A stretch of 64,000 bases of DNA from an uncultured Prevotella sp. (GCA_900543585.1 UQRP01000009.1:995-64994), one strand, 5' to 3'; positions 36,269 through 47,694 are shown, counted from the stretch's first letter. Notes: generated by a model from the sequence alone, not told the origin. Numbers and translations: made by a program.

Positions 36269-37888
36269 ATGACAAGATACAGTTTTCTTATTCTCTCCGC
36301 CCTTTTCCTTTTCACCTCCTGCCTCTCTGAGCACCCCAAGGATCAGATTGACGAGGAAGAGGCCTATACCTCTGCCGCAACGCTCTTCAACAACACTGTG
36401 GGCACCCTCTATAACTATATCGGCGGCTCACAGCCTTCGCAGGGCTTGCAGGGCACTATCCGCGGCGTCTACGACTACAACGAGCTCACCACCGACGAGG
36501 CTTTCATCCCTATCCGTGGCGGCAACTGGTATGATGGCGGCTTCTGGCAGGACCTGTATCTCCACACCTGGAAACCGTCCGACGCTTCCCTAAAGGATAC
36601 CTGGGACTATCTCTATAAAGTCATCATGCTCTGCAACAAGTCCCTCGCCACGCTCGACAAGTATAACGACCTTCTCACTACCGACCAGCTGACAGCCTAT
36701 AAAGCTGAGGTCCGCGGACTCAGAGCCATGTTCTACTGGTATACGATGGATATGTGGGGCCGGATTCCGTTGGACACTCTTGCCAACCAAAGTCTTACCG
36801 ATACCAAGCAGGCGGAGCGGTCGGTAACCTATCAATATATCGTCAAGGAGCTGCAAGAAGTGGAGCCCCTGCTGCCCAACGAGCACAGCAATCTGCAAGG
36901 CAACTACTATGGTCGGATGACACAGCCCGTTGCCGACTTCATATTGGCAAAGTTGGCTCTCAACGCTGAGATTTACAGCGATGACGACTGGACTGACGGT
37001 AAGCAGAAAGACGGAAAGAATATCTTCTTCACCGTCGACGGCCAGCAGATGAATGCGTGGCAGACATGCGTCTATTACTGCGATAAGCTCACTGCTGACG
37101 GCTATGAGCTCGAAGCCGACCGCACGGCCAACTTCGCTGTCCACAACGAGACGTCGAAGGAGAATATCTTCACCATTCCCCTTGACAAGACGCTCTACTC
37201 GGCCCAGTTCCGCTATCTCTTCCGCTCACGCCACTATGCTCACGGTGGGGCATTAGGAACGGCATCAGAGAATGGCACCTGCGCCACTCTGGCCACAGTG
37301 CATGAATATGGCTACAAAACGAGTCATGAGGACACCCGCTGGAAGCAGGACTTCTATGCTGACACGGTGAGGGTCGACGGCAAGACCATCGCCCTCGACG
37401 GGGGTGACATCCTCATCTATTATCCTTTGGAAGTGGCGATGAACCTCACCTACAGCCCCTACATCAACACGGCAGGGGCGAGAATGAAGAAATATGAGGT
37501 GGACCGCAATGCGTATAATGATGGCAACAATCCTGACAACGACATCGTTCTCTTCCGCTATGCCGATGCCTTGCTGATGAAGGCGGAAGCTAAGGTCAGG
37601 AATGGCGAGAGTGGCCAGGCAGAGCTCAACGCTATCAGATCCCGCGTGGGCATGGAGCCGCGCCCGGCAACATTAGAGAATATCCTCTCCGAGCGACGCA
37701 TGGAGATGATGTGGGAGGGCTGGCGCCGCAACGACCTCATCCGCTTCGGACGCTACAACAAAGCCTATGACCAACGGCCGCAGCTCGACAAGGAAGGCAA
37801 TGGTTACACCACAGTATTTCCTATCCCTGACCGGACGCTCTCTACCAACCTTCAGCTGAAGCAGAATCCTGGCTACGAGTCGAAATAG
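36269..37888 (+). CDS. SusD/RagB-family lipoprotein
   Basis: Lipobox FTSC; 'FRYADALLMKAEA', 'ERRMEM..EG.RR.DLIRF' and 'QNPGY'. Confidence 0.95.
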   Translation: MTRYSFLILSALFLFTSCLSEHPKDQIDEEEAYTSAATLFNNTVGTLYNYIGGSQPSQGLQGTIRGVYDYNELTTDEAFIPIRGGNWYDGGFWQDLYLHTWKPSDASLKDTWDYLYKVIMLCNKSLATLDKYNDLLTTDQLTAYKAEVRGLRAMFYWYTMDMWGRIPLDTLANQSLTDTKQAERSVTYQYIVKELQEVEPLLPNEHSNLQGNYYGRMTQPVADFILAKLALNAEIYSDDDWTDGKQKDGKNIFFTVDGQQMNAWQTCVYYCDKLTADGYELEADRTANFAVHNETSKENIFTIPLDKTLYSAQFRYLFRSRHYAHGGALGTASENGTCATLATVHEYGYKTSHEDTRWKQDFYADTVRVDGKTIALDGGDILIYYPLEVAMNLTYSPYINTAGARMKKYEVDRNAYNDGNNPDNDIVLFRYADALLMKAEAKVRNGESGQAELNAIRSRVGMEPRPATLENILSERRMEMMWEGWRRNDLIRFGRYNKAYDQRPQLDKEGNGYTTVFPIPDRTLSTNLQLKQNPGYESK

Positions 37889-37895
37889 CGTCGGC

Positions 37896-38477
37896 TTACC
37901 GCCGCTCTTCCGTCTCCGGAATTTCCTTGATGACACGGCATGGGTTCCCGGCAGCCACAACACCTGACGGAATATCCTTTGTGACGACAGACCCGGCACC
38001 AATGGTAGTATTGCTGCCTATGGTGACACCGGGAAGGACCGTGACCCCACCGCCAAACCATACGTTGTCGCCAACGGTGATAGGCTCTGCAGCTTCGATG
38101 TCCTTGTTGCGGGCTTCCGGCCGCAGCGGATGGATGGCGGTATAGAAACTGCAATTGGGACCAATAAAGACATGGTCGCCAAAAGTGACCTTAGCCTCAT
38201 CAAGGATGACAAGATTGAAGTTGGCAAAGAAGCTGTCGCCAACCTCAATATTGAATCCATAATCGCAGTTGAACGGTGTATTGACGTGCAGCTTCTCTCC
38301 TGCCTTACCAAAGAGTGCGGCGATACGTCTATTGCGCTCGTCGACTTTCACAGGCGGTATCTGGTTGATTTCAAAACATTCCTGCTGACAGCGACGCAGA
38401 TATTTGACAATCTCAGGGTCGGCCGCATAATACCAGCGGCCGGAGCCTACCTCTTCAAAAATATTTCTGTCTAACAT
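37896..38477 (-). CDS. Sugar O-acetyltransferase (maltose/galactoside type)
   Basis: 'PFNCDYGFNI', 'YTAIHP' and 'IGAGSVVTKDIP...AAGNPCRVI'. Confidence 0.9.
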   Translation of the reverse strand: MLDRNIFEEVGSGRWYYAADPEIVKYLRRCQQECFEINQIPPVKVDERNRRIAALFGKAGEKLHVNTPFNCDYGFNIEVGDSFFANFNLVILDEAKVTFGDHVFIGPNCSFYTAIHPLRPEARNKDIEAAEPITVGDNVWFGGGVTVLPGVTIGSNTTIGAGSVVTKDIPSGVVAAGNPCRVIKEIPETEERR

Positions 38478-38480
38478 CTT

Positions 38481-41400
38481 TTATTTCATATTTCTCAGCA
38501 CTGTCACGGCCTCCGCCACACTCGGCACGTCGGCAATCTTTATCATCCGATGGCCATGTGCATCCTTGAAGTTGCAACGTTTGGGATTGGCCATGACATA
38601 TTTGATGACGCGCCCGAAAGTATTGCTCTTATAGAAAGGAGAGTTCTGATTGCTGACGAACTGCATGGTCATCACGCCCTGTTTAAGCATAATCTTCTCG
38701 CATCCGAGGCTACGCCCTAAACGCCTGAGCATCACCACCTGCATAAGCTCATCGCCCTCATGCGGCACGGGGCCGAAGCGGTCGACCAACCGCTGACGAT
38801 AGCTCTTGAGGTCCTCATCACGCTCGATATTGTCCAACTCACGGTAGAGCAGCATACGCTCTGAGCTTGTGGGGACATAGGTGTCGGGATAGAACATCGG
38901 GAGGTCGCTCTCTACGGCGCAGTCTTCGACGAATTCGTCACCCGATACTTCCTTGCCTTCGTTGATGTCTTCAGCATAAAGGTCGGCAAACTCATCATTC
39001 TTCAGCTCCGTGACGGCCTGGTTGAGAATCTTCTGATAGGTCTCATAGCCTAAGTCTTCCATAAACCCACTCTGCTCGGAGCCGAGGAGGTTGCCGGCGC
39101 CACGGATATCGAGGTCCTGCATGGCAAGGCTGAAGCCACTGCCTAAGTCGGAGAAGGTCTCCAAAGCCTCTAATCGTCGGCGAGCCTCCGGGGTCAGCGC
39201 TGAGCGTGGCGGTGCGAGGAGATAGCAGAAAGCCTTGCGGTTGCTCCGACCCACACGGCCACGCATCTGATGAAGGTCGGAAAGACCAAAATGGTGTGCG
39301 TCGTTGATGATGATGGTATTGGCATTGGGAATATTGACACCATTCTCGACGATGGTTGTGGAGAGCAGGACGTCGTACTCGTAGTTGATGAACCCCATGA
39401 TAATCTTCTCCAGCTCTTCAGGCGACATCTGTCCATGTCCGATAGCCACACGACAGTCGGGCACATATTTATGGATGAGCTCGGCCAACGACTGCAGTCC
39501 GGCGATGCGGTCGCTGACGAAGAACACCTGCCCCGACCGACTCATCTCAAAGTTGATAGCGTCGGCAATGACCTCTCCACTGAAGGTGCAGAGCTCGGTA
39601 TGGATGGGGTATCGGTTGGGAGGCGGTGTGCGCATGATGCTCATATCGCGCGCTCCCATGAGTGAGAACTGAAGGGTGCGGGGGATAGGCGTTGCCGACA
39701 TCGTCAGGGTGTCGACATTTGTCTTCAACTTCCGCAGCTTCTCTTTTGTGGAGACGCCGAACTTCTGCTCTTCATCGATAATCAGGAGTCCTAAGTCATG
39801 CCACTTCACATTCTTTCCTATCAGTTTGTGGGTACCCACCAAAATGTCAATGCGCCCTGCCTCTAAGTCTTCGAGGACCTGCTTTGTCTGCTTGGCAGAG
39901 CGGGCACGCGAGAGATAGTCAACCCGCACGGGGAAGTCGTGCAGGCGCTTTTTGAATGTCTGGAAATGCTGGTAGGCCAACACCGTTGTCGGCACGAGGA
40001 CTGCCGTCTGCTTGTTGTCGCAAGCTGCTTTGAAAGCCGCCCGCACCGCTATCTCCGTCTTGCCAAAGCCCACATCACCGCATATCAGCCTGTCCATGGG
40101 CACAGCACGCTCCATGTCGGACTTCACATCTTGTGTGGCTTTAAGCTGGTCGGGAGTATCCTCATAGAGGAAGCTGGCCTCCAACTCATGCTGCATGAAA
40201 TTGTCGGCAGAGAAGGCAAAGCCTTTCTCATGCCGCCGCTTGGCATAGAGCCGGATGAGGTCACGGGCTATATCCTTAATCTTTTTCTTGGTCTTCTCCT
40301 TCAGCCGCTCCCAGGCTCCGGTACCGAGCGTGGAGAGACGCGGTGGCTCTCCGGTATCGGCAGCGCGGTATTTGGAAATCTTATACAGCGAATGGATGGA
40401 GACGTCCACCTTGTCGTTGTTCTGGTAGATGATGCGTATCACCTCCTGATAGCCGCCGGTAGGATTAGGCACCTTTATCAAGCCGCCAAACTTTCCAATA
40501 CCAAAGTCGACATGCACGAGATAGTCACCGGGCTGCATCTCCTGCAGCTCCTTCAACGTCAGCGCCATCTTACCCGACCGGGCTTTGTCCGACTTCAGAC
40601 TGTATTTGTGATAGCGGTCAAAGATCTGGTGGTCTGTGAAGAAGCAAGCCTTCAGATCCTCATCATAGAAGCCCGCATGCAATGTCTTGTCAACATTTAT
40701 AAAGGGGATAGCATCCTCACGCCCTGACGCTGTAGAGTCAGCAGCATCCTCGTCCATGCCATTGAAGATGTCTCTGAGCCGTTGCTGCTGTTTGGGACTG
40801 TCGGCAAGTATATATATCTTATAGCCCTGGAGAAGGAAGTCCTCCAACGACTGTTTCAACAGACTGAAATTCTTATGGAAGAGCGGCTGGGGATGGGTGT
40901 TGAAAGTCAAGGTTGCCGTCCCCATGCCGACGCCATGATTCGACGTCTCGGCATTTGGCGCCGCGCTTTTGAACTCCACCCATTGGAATTTGGAGATGTC
41001 GTCAGTGAATGTCGTCGGCCGGCAGAGCGTGCTCTCGCGGTTCATATCCCGCCTTATCTGCTCCTGCTCAAGCTCTGTGGCTCCTTCTAGGCGCTCTGTC
41101 ATAGCCTGGGAGGAGAAGCCTTCATTATAGACCTTGGTGATGATGTCGTAGACAAAATGCTCATCCTTCATCACCACGAGGGTGTCGGAAGGCAGAAACT
41201 CAAGAAATGGTATCTTCTCATTCTCTACCGCTGCCAGCTCCGGGACAATCTCCACACCTGTCTTACGGTCTTTAGATAGCTGATCCTCAACGGTGAAAGT
41301 GCGGATGGAGTCTATCTCGTCGCCAAAAAAGTCGATACGGAAGGGCAGCTCAGAGCTATAGGAATAGACATCCAAGATGCTGCCACGCGCTGCAAACTGT

Positions 41401-41951
41401 CCGGGCTCATAGACATAGTCCACCTCCTTGAAACTCAAATCACGCAGTCTGTGCTCCAAATCGGTGATGTCTATTGTCTGCGAGGTTTTCAGAGAGATAC
41501 GCCGCTCGTCGAGATGCCGCTCCGAGACGACAAGTTCAGCGATGGCCGAAGGATAGGTGACGATGCACAGCGGTTCATCTGCTTCACCCTTCGATGCCTT
41601 GTCTTTACGCTGTGCAAGGGCGGCAAGGACCTCTGTCCGCGATATCTCGTTGGCAGCATCACGCTGCCCATATTTTACGGCTCGACGGTAAGCAGAGGGA
41701 AAGAAATAATCAGCAGATGAACCCATCCTACTGATGTCATTGAAAAAATAGGCCGCCTCGTCAGCATCGTCGAGAATAAAGAGTATCGTACGACGGATCT
41801 TCTTCGCCACCGATGCAAAGAGCAGAGGCTGTGAAGATGCAACAAGACCCTGAAGGAAAACGCGGCGCACCGAATTGTCCTCAAGGGTCTTGGCAAGGGC
41901 ACCAGCCTGTGGGAGATGCCCGTAAAGTTGTACTAAGTCAGGAAAAGTCAT
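38481..41951 (-). CDS. mfd: Transcription-repair coupling factor
   Basis: UvrB-like N-terminus, RID 'VHVDFGIG', 'CGDVGFGKTE', 'DEEQKFG', 'QMRGRVGRS' and a TRCF C-terminus. Confidence 0.95.
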   Translation of the reverse strand: MTFPDLVQLYGHLPQAGALAKTLEDNSVRRVFLQGLVASSQPLLFASVAKKIRRTILFILDDADEAAYFFNDISRMGSSADYFFPSAYRRAVKYGQRDAANEISRTEVLAALAQRKDKASKGEADEPLCIVTYPSAIAELVVSERHLDERRISLKTSQTIDITDLEHRLRDLSFKEVDYVYEPGQFAARGSILDVYSYSSELPFRIDFFGDEIDSIRTFTVEDQLSKDRKTGVEIVPELAAVENEKIPFLEFLPSDTLVVMKDEHFVYDIITKVYNEGFSSQAMTERLEGATELEQEQIRRDMNRESTLCRPTTFTDDISKFQWVEFKSAAPNAETSNHGVGMGTATLTFNTHPQPLFHKNFSLLKQSLEDFLLQGYKIYILADSPKQQQRLRDIFNGMDEDAADSTASGREDAIPFINVDKTLHAGFYDEDLKACFFTDHQIFDRYHKYSLKSDKARSGKMALTLKELQEMQPGDYLVHVDFGIGKFGGLIKVPNPTGGYQEVIRIIYQNNDKVDVSIHSLYKISKYRAADTGEPPRLSTLGTGAWERLKEKTKKKIKDIARDLIRLYAKRRHEKGFAFSADNFMQHELEASFLYEDTPDQLKATQDVKSDMERAVPMDRLICGDVGFGKTEIAVRAAFKAACDNKQTAVLVPTTVLAYQHFQTFKKRLHDFPVRVDYLSRARSAKQTKQVLEDLEAGRIDILVGTHKLIGKNVKWHDLGLLIIDEEQKFGVSTKEKLRKLKTNVDTLTMSATPIPRTLQFSLMGARDMSIMRTPPPNRYPIHTELCTFSGEVIADAINFEMSRSGQVFFVSDRIAGLQSLAELIHKYVPDCRVAIGHGQMSPEELEKIIMGFINYEYDVLLSTTIVENGVNIPNANTIIINDAHHFGLSDLHQMRGRVGRSNRKAFCYLLAPPRSALTPEARRRLEALETFSDLGSGFSLAMQDLDIRGAGNLLGSEQSGFMEDLGYETYQKILNQAVTELKNDEFADLYAEDINEGKEVSGDEFVEDCAVESDLPMFYPDTYVPTSSERMLLYRELDNIERDEDLKSYRQRLVDRFGPVPHEGDELMQVVMLRRLGRSLGCEKIMLKQGVMTMQFVSNQNSPFYKSNTFGRVIKYVMANPKRCNFKDAHGHRMIKIADVPSVAEAVTVLRNMK

Positions 41952-41954
41952 TAT

Positions 41955-42704
41955 TTATTTCGGAAGGGCAGGATATTTCTTAAACCACCCGTCAAAGCGC
42001 AGTCGCATCACGCCAAAAAGGGCTTCAGAGAAGATACCTCCACTCATCTTGCTCGTGCCTTCACGGCGGTTGACGAAGATGACTGACACTTCCTTAATCT
42101 TAAAGCCTATCTTATAAGCGGTGTATTTCATCTCTATCTGGAAAGCATAACCTTTGAAGCGGATGTTGTCCAAGTCGATGGTCTCCAGCACACGCCGACG
42201 GTAGCAGACAAAGCCTGCTGTAGTGTCGTGGACATCAATTCCAGTCACAAAGCGTACATACTGAGAGGCAAAGTAACTCATCAGCCCCCGTCCCATCGGC
42301 CAGTTGACGACATTGACACCCGAGATATAGCGTGAGCCCACAGCTACATCGGCGCCCTCATCGTGGCAGGCGGCATAGAGACGGGGAAGGTCATTGGGAT
42401 TATGGCTGAAGTCGGCATCCATTTCAAAGATGTACTCGTATTTCCGCTCCAACGCCCATTTAAAACCTGTGATATAAGCTGTTCCCAGCCCCTGCTTACC
42501 GCTGCGCTCAATCAGGAAGAGACGGTCGGCAAACTCATCCTTCTGCAAACGCTTCACGATAGCAGCGGTACCGTCAGGGCTACCATCATCGATAACCAGG
42601 ATATGAAAGCACTTCGCCAACGAGAACACCGCACGGATGATATTCTCCATGTTCTCCTTCTCGTTGTATGTGGGGATAATAACTATAGAGTCACTGTCAT
42701 TCAT
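41955..42704 (-). CDS. Polyprenol monophosphomannose synthase (GT2, DPM1-like)
   Basis: 'IIPTYNEKEN', 'DDGSPDGT', 'EMDADFSH' and 'GYAFQIE'. Confidence 0.9.
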   Translation of the reverse strand: MNDSDSIVIIPTYNEKENMENIIRAVFSLAKCFHILVIDDGSPDGTAAIVKRLQKDEFADRLFLIERSGKQGLGTAYITGFKWALERKYEYIFEMDADFSHNPNDLPRLYAACHDEGADVAVGSRYISGVNVVNWPMGRGLMSYFASQYVRFVTGIDVHDTTAGFVCYRRRVLETIDLDNIRFKGYAFQIEMKYTAYKIGFKIKEVSVIFVNRREGTSKMSGGIFSEALFGVMRLRFDGWFKKYPALPK

Positions 42705-42782
42705 AATCAAAGAATTCTTTTGATGCAAAATTAGGAAAATAATAGGACATAGCAACAAAGAAGTGCATTTTTTTGCCCTTGC

Positions 42783-44327
42783 CTACTCCACTACCTTCCA
42801 GTCGTCGATGCACCGGTGCTGCCGCGAGAAGTTGACACCGACCTTGATGAGCTTGCGCGAATCAGCAGCAAAGGGCTTGGCATAACCTTTATCCTCTATC
42901 TGCTGCAAGGCGGCATCAGCATCTTTATCGTATTTAAACTCAAAGATATAGATATAGTCTTTCGTCTTGGCTATCATGTCAATGCGCCCATCGGAGATAG
43001 TACGCTCTACGTCAACATAAAATCCAAGGAGTTTGGTGACAACATAGAACGCATTCTGGAAATAGAGTTCGGCATCACCAACAATCTTATAGTCAGTGTC
43101 TGCAAACAGCACCTGCATGCGCTTCATAAAAGCCTCGGGCTTGCCCTGACGCAGGGCTATGACAAAATTGCGGATAAACATTGGCCCGCTCTCACTGCCC
43201 GTATTCATATAATAAGGCATGAGAAAATTGGTGAAGCCTTCCTCCACTTCCTCATTTGGGAAGCCAAGGGTGTAAACCTGAAACTCACTATCATATCCCT
43301 TTATCGTCAGATAGCCACTTTGATAGATAATAGGGACAGGGCTCTCATCAATAGAGTCGATGGAGTTGAGAAAATCGGCACTCACCTGCTGCTCGGTAAG
43401 GTCAGGCAAGTAAAACTTATCACGTTGGAGAAGCTGAACGAGGAAGGTGGGGGTACCAGTTTCAAACCAATAACTGCCAAACTCACCCTTAGCAAAAGTA
43501 TTCAACAGACTAAAAGGATTGTACACTCCGTCACTCTTCTGATGGAAATGGTAGCCATCATAACGTCGCTTCATCTTAGCAAGTGTCTCCTCAATCGTTA
43601 GTCCATTAATTTCAGCTACATATCTTATCCCATTCTCAAAGTAATCATGCATTTCTTTCTCTGTGATACCACAGATAGCCTGATAACGGGCATCCATAGA
43701 GATGTCGACCAGATTGTTGAGGTCAGAGAAGACGCTCACCTTTCCAAACTTTGTCACACCAGTGAGAAAGGCGAAATGAATATATTCATCCTGGGTTTTC
43801 AATACGGAATAAAAAGCCTTCAACGTAGCCCGAAACTTGCTCTGCAAATCCTTATTATTGATAGCCTGAAGCATAGGCTTGTCATATTCGTCGACAAGAA
43901 TGACGACAGGACGCCCCGTCTGCTGAGCGACTCTCTCTATCAATCCCTTGAAACGCAACTCTAACGTCACCTCGGAAGGAGACACTCCATAGACAGCCTC
44001 CTGCTTGCAGAGAAAGTCGTTAAGCACATGAAAAAGACTGTCATCAGAATCATACTTGCCAGTATTGAGGTCGATATAAAGTACTGGATACGAAGTCCAT
44101 TCCTTCTCCAAGTTTTCTATAGCCAGCCCCTTGAACAGCTCGCGCTTTCCCCTAAAATAGGCCGCCATGGTAGATACAATCAATGATTTTCCAAACCGAC
44201 GCGGACGGCTCAGAAAATAATATTTTCCCTCAGTAGCCAACTTATAAATATATGCCGTTTTGTCAACATATACATAGCCATTGGTGCGAAGGCTTTCAAA
44301 ACTCTGTATTCCGATGGGATATTTCAT
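42783..44327 (-). CDS. AAA-ATPase-like protein with C-terminal PD-(D/E)XK nuclease domain
   Basis: 'YPIGIQSF...YVDKT', 'SRPRRFGKS', 'VDEYDKP' and 'GRIDM...YIFEFK...ALQQI..KGY'. Confidence 0.9.
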   Translation of the reverse strand: MKYPIGIQSFESLRTNGYVYVDKTAYIYKLATEGKYYFLSRPRRFGKSLIVSTMAAYFRGKRELFKGLAIENLEKEWTSYPVLYIDLNTGKYDSDDSLFHVLNDFLCKQEAVYGVSPSEVTLELRFKGLIERVAQQTGRPVVILVDEYDKPMLQAINNKDLQSKFRATLKAFYSVLKTQDEYIHFAFLTGVTKFGKVSVFSDLNNLVDISMDARYQAICGITEKEMHDYFENGIRYVAEINGLTIEETLAKMKRRYDGYHFHQKSDGVYNPFSLLNTFAKGEFGSYWFETGTPTFLVQLLQRDKFYLPDLTEQQVSADFLNSIDSIDESPVPIIYQSGYLTIKGYDSEFQVYTLGFPNEEVEEGFTNFLMPYYMNTGSESGPMFIRNFVIALRQGKPEAFMKRMQVLFADTDYKIVGDAELYFQNAFYVVTKLLGFYVDVERTISDGRIDMIAKTKDYIYIFEFKYDKDADAALQQIEDKGYAKPFAADSRKLIKVGVNFSRQHRCIDDWKVVE

Positions 44328-44625
44328 CACACTAAAATTTGTCTACTCTGCAAAGCTACATAAAATTTACTGATAAGCCAAGACTTTATGATTGATTTTT
44401 ATACGTTTACACCTACTTTCATAGATTGATAGTGAGAATACAGATATTTCAGTGTTCATACACCTACGACCGCTCATGACGATGGGAAGAGCAGGCACGA
44501 CAGCACTTCACTTCGCTTAAAAAATAATATAAAATGTTTTTTCCTTTGAGTTTTCAAATAAAAAGCCTATTTTTGCCATACAAACGGCTTTTGCCGTATG
44601 AATAACCAAATAAACGATCTGTAAA

Positions 44626-45042
44626 ATGAACATAGAAAAGGAAAAGAAAATCATAGAAAGCCAGGAAGGTCTTAGCCGGACCCTTGGCATGGAATTTATC
44701 TCTACCCCCGAACCAGACACCTGCATGGCACGCATGAAAGTAGACGGCCGCAACCGCCAGCCCTTTGGCTTTCTCTCAGGCGGAGCTTCCCTTGCCTTGG
44801 CTGAGAATCTCGCCGGTGTGGGCTCCATGGCGCTTAGTCCAAAGAAACTACCTGTCGGCATCAGCGTCAGCGGCAGCCATGTACAGGCCGTCCTTGAAGG
44901 AGATACCGTGACAGCCTATGGTAAGCTGCAATTCAAAGGCCACACACTCCACGAATGGCAGATAGACATTAAAAACTCTAAAGGAGAGCTTATCTCGACA
45001 GTTCACGTCACCAACTATCTCATAACCCCGCAAAAGAAATAG
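44626..45042 (+). CDS. PaaI/hotdog thioesterase, probable DHNA-CoA thioesterase
   Basis: 'RQPFGFLSGGASLALAE'; first gene of the men cluster. Confidence 0.8.
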   Translation: MNIEKEKKIIESQEGLSRTLGMEFISTPEPDTCMARMKVDGRNRQPFGFLSGGASLALAENLAGVGSMALSPKKLPVGISVSGSHVQAVLEGDTVTAYGKLQFKGHTLHEWQIDIKNSKGELISTVHVTNYLITPQKK

Positions 45043-45046
45043 ACGC

Positions 45047-46045
45047 ATGAGCGATTACGCACTCTACAGGTATCCTGAAGCTCATACCTATCACGCGATT
45101 CGTGGCAAGGCAGAGACTGTGGACAACATCATAGAGCTGAAAGACAGCAAAGGTTTTGTCATAGCTCCTTTCCACATCGGCGGCAACGAGCCCATGCTGT
45201 TAATACCCGCCAATCAATCAGAAGAGCATACAATTCCGGAGAGCATAGGTGAGCATGCCCAAATCATCGGTGAGGAAAGTCACCGAGACGACTATCACCA
45301 TGCCTTTGCCACCTTCCATCGTGCACTTTGTGATGGAAGATTAGGGAAAGTCGTGCTGTCGCGCCGTCTCGACATCCCCCTTGACAGAGCTGTCGATCCA
45401 CAGGAGATATTCTTCAACGCCTGCCGCAGGTATCCACACCAGATGATAGTTCTCGTCCATACCCAAGAGAGTGGAACTTGGCTGATGGCTACACCGGAGG
45501 TTCTGATGGAGAAAGACCATGACAGGTGGAATACGATGGCCCTGGCCGGAACCATGACGACACCGGGGCCATGGAGCAATAAAAACATCGAGGAGCAGTT
45601 CATCGTAGCACGATACATCCTGAACTGTATCGCACGGCGTGCCTATTTCATCCAGCATTCCACGCCGCATGTGGCTACTGCTGCCAACCTGTATCATCTT
45701 CGCACGGACTTCACCTTTATATGTAATAATGACGGTGAAGTCTTTCAGGTTCTCAGCGACCTCCACCCCACCCCTGCTGTCTGTGGCATTCCCAAAGAGG
45801 AAGCCATGAATATCATCCTCAAGGGAGAAACCATGAACAGAAAATACTACAGCGGTTTCAGTGGGCCCATCGGCATTGACGACGAGACCCATCTTTTCGT
45901 CTCTCTCCGCTGTATGGAGATTGACGGGTGCAACTGTCATCTTTACGCCGGGGGCGGTCTGCTCAAGGAGAGCATTGAGGAGGACGAATGGAAAGAGACA
46001 GAAGTAAAACTTAACACCATGCGAGATGTATTGCGACAAAGCTAA
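45047..46045 (+). CDS. menF: Isochorismate synthase
   Basis: 'KVVLSR', 'ATPE', 'ALAGT', 'LHPTPAVCG' and 'YAGGG...E..ET..K'. Confidence 0.85.
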   Translation: MSDYALYRYPEAHTYHAIRGKAETVDNIIELKDSKGFVIAPFHIGGNEPMLLIPANQSEEHTIPESIGEHAQIIGEESHRDDYHHAFATFHRALCDGRLGKVVLSRRLDIPLDRAVDPQEIFFNACRRYPHQMIVLVHTQESGTWLMATPEVLMEKDHDRWNTMALAGTMTTPGPWSNKNIEEQFIVARYILNCIARRAYFIQHSTPHVATAANLYHLRTDFTFICNNDGEVFQVLSDLHPTPAVCGIPKEEAMNIILKGETMNRKYYSGFSGPIGIDDETHLFVSLRCMEIDGCNCHLYAGGGLLKESIEEDEWKETEVKLNTMRDVLRQS

Positions 46046-47678
46046 CGTCAACACCCTCACGGCTCTTCTCATGGCCCACGGCGTGCGTGACGCTATCGTA
46101 TGTCCGGGCTCACGCAACGCACCGATTGTCCATAACCTCAATCTTTGCCCCGATATCCACTGTTATCCCGTCACCGATGAGCGCAGCGCCGGCTTCTACG
46201 CCTTAGGACTGGCTGAAGCCACCGCAAGGCCTGTGGTGGTCTGTGTCACCTCTGGCTCAGCATTGCTCAATGTGCTGCCTGCCGTCGCCGAGGCTTACTA
46301 CCGGCATGTCCCAGTAGTAGTCATCTCTGCCGACCGCCCGAAGGAGTGGATAGACCAACTCGACGGTCAGACACTGCCACAAGAGGGTGCCCTTGGAAGA
46401 TTTGTCCGTAAAGCAGTATCTCTGCCAGAATGGGACACTGATGGTTCAGAAAGGGCAACGACCCAACACTGGTATTGCAACAGAATCATCAACGAGACAC
46501 TGTCAGCAGCTATGTCTGACGGTGGCGGACCAGTGCATATCAATGTTCCTCTGACACCTCCTCTCTATGATTTTACAGTCCCCGAGCTTCCAACTGAACG
46601 AGTCATCAAGCGGAAGTCCACAGCCGTTGCTGACCTTACAGCGCTCAACGAAGCTATAGAACGGGCAAGCAGGCCCATCATCGTCATCGGACAAACGCAT
46701 GAGGGTGAAATATCAGAAGATGCTATCTTTCGTCTGGCCCAACAGCATATTGTCGTTCTTCAAGAGGCGCTCAGCGGAAATATCTTGGAATGGCCCATCG
46801 ACCGTATGATGGAGACAATAAAAGATGACGACAGCTACCTGCCCGACTTCATCCTCTACATGGGTGATACCATCGTCAGCCAGGGGCTCAAGGCCTTTCT
46901 GCGACGTGCTCAGCATGCAGTCTGTTGGAGAGTTGATGCCGCCGGAGCGATGCAGGACACATTCATGAACCTCAGCGGCTCTATAAAGGCAGCCCCAAGA
47001 CAAGTGCTCGAAGGTGTCAACGCTGAAGCCGACAAGGACTGGTTTGAAAAGTGGCAAACACTCAGCCGTAAGACAACAGCGAAACTCACCATTTTCTTTC
47101 CAGCATACTCTTCCATAGAAGCTGTAAGGGCCTTCGAGGAAATCATTGTCGACAAAGACTGCGCTGTGCATTACGCTAACAGCATGTCGGTTCGGTTAGG
47201 CTGTCTCTACGCCCACCACTTCATTCATTGCAACCGTGGTGTCAATGGCATAGAAGGTTCTCTGTCGACGGCTGCAGGTTATTCTCTGTCAACGAAGAAG
47301 CCTGTATATTGCGTCATCGGCGACCTCAGCTTCTTTTATGACCAGAACGCGCTGTGGAATACCAATCTCAGAGGCAACCTGAGGATTCTGTTGCTTAACA
47401 ACGGAGGAGGTGGCATCTTTCAGAAGTTTGACGCCTTGCGGAAGTCTGTTGCAGATAGCAACAATGTGATGGCCCTACACCTTACATCGGCCCAGGGCAT
47501 CTGCATGGAGAATCATGTGGAATATCACTGTGCCACCAACGAAATGGAATTGCATCAGGGTATCATCGCCCTCACGGCAGCCTACAGCCACAACCCTATT
47601 CTCCTCGAAGTCATAACCGACACTGAGCAAGACTGGGTGAACTATAGGAAATACTTTCAACACAAGATAAAAGAATAA
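46026..47678 (+). CDS. menD: SEPHCHC synthase
   Basis: 'CPGSRNAP', '[11 protein letters not shown]', '[14 protein letters not shown]', 'GDLSFFYD' and 'NNGGGGIF'. Confidence 0.95.
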   Translation: MYCDKANVNTLTALLMAHGVRDAIVCPGSRNAPIVHNLNLCPDIHCYPVTDERSAGFYALGLAEATARPVVVCVTSGSALLNVLPAVAEAYYRHVPVVVISADRPKEWIDQLDGQTLPQEGALGRFVRKAVSLPEWDTDGSERATTQHWYCNRIINETLSAAMSDGGGPVHINVPLTPPLYDFTVPELPTERVIKRKSTAVADLTALNEAIERASRPIIVIGQTHEGEISEDAIFRLAQQHIVVLQEALSGNILEWPIDRMMETIKDDDSYLPDFILYMGDTIVSQGLKAFLRRAQHAVCWRVDAAGAMQDTFMNLSGSIKAAPRQVLEGVNAEADKDWFEKWQTLSRKTTAKLTIFFPAYSSIEAVRAFEEIIVDKDCAVHYANSMSVRLGCLYAHHFIHCNRGVNGIEGSLSTAAGYSLSTKKPVYCVIGDLSFFYDQNALWNTNLRGNLRILLLNNGGGGIFQKFDALRKSVADSNNVMALHLTSAQGICMENHVEYHCATNEMELHQGIIALTAAYSHNPILLEVITDTEQDWVNYRKYFQHKIKE

Positions 47679-47694
47679 GATTAAGAAAAAAGAT

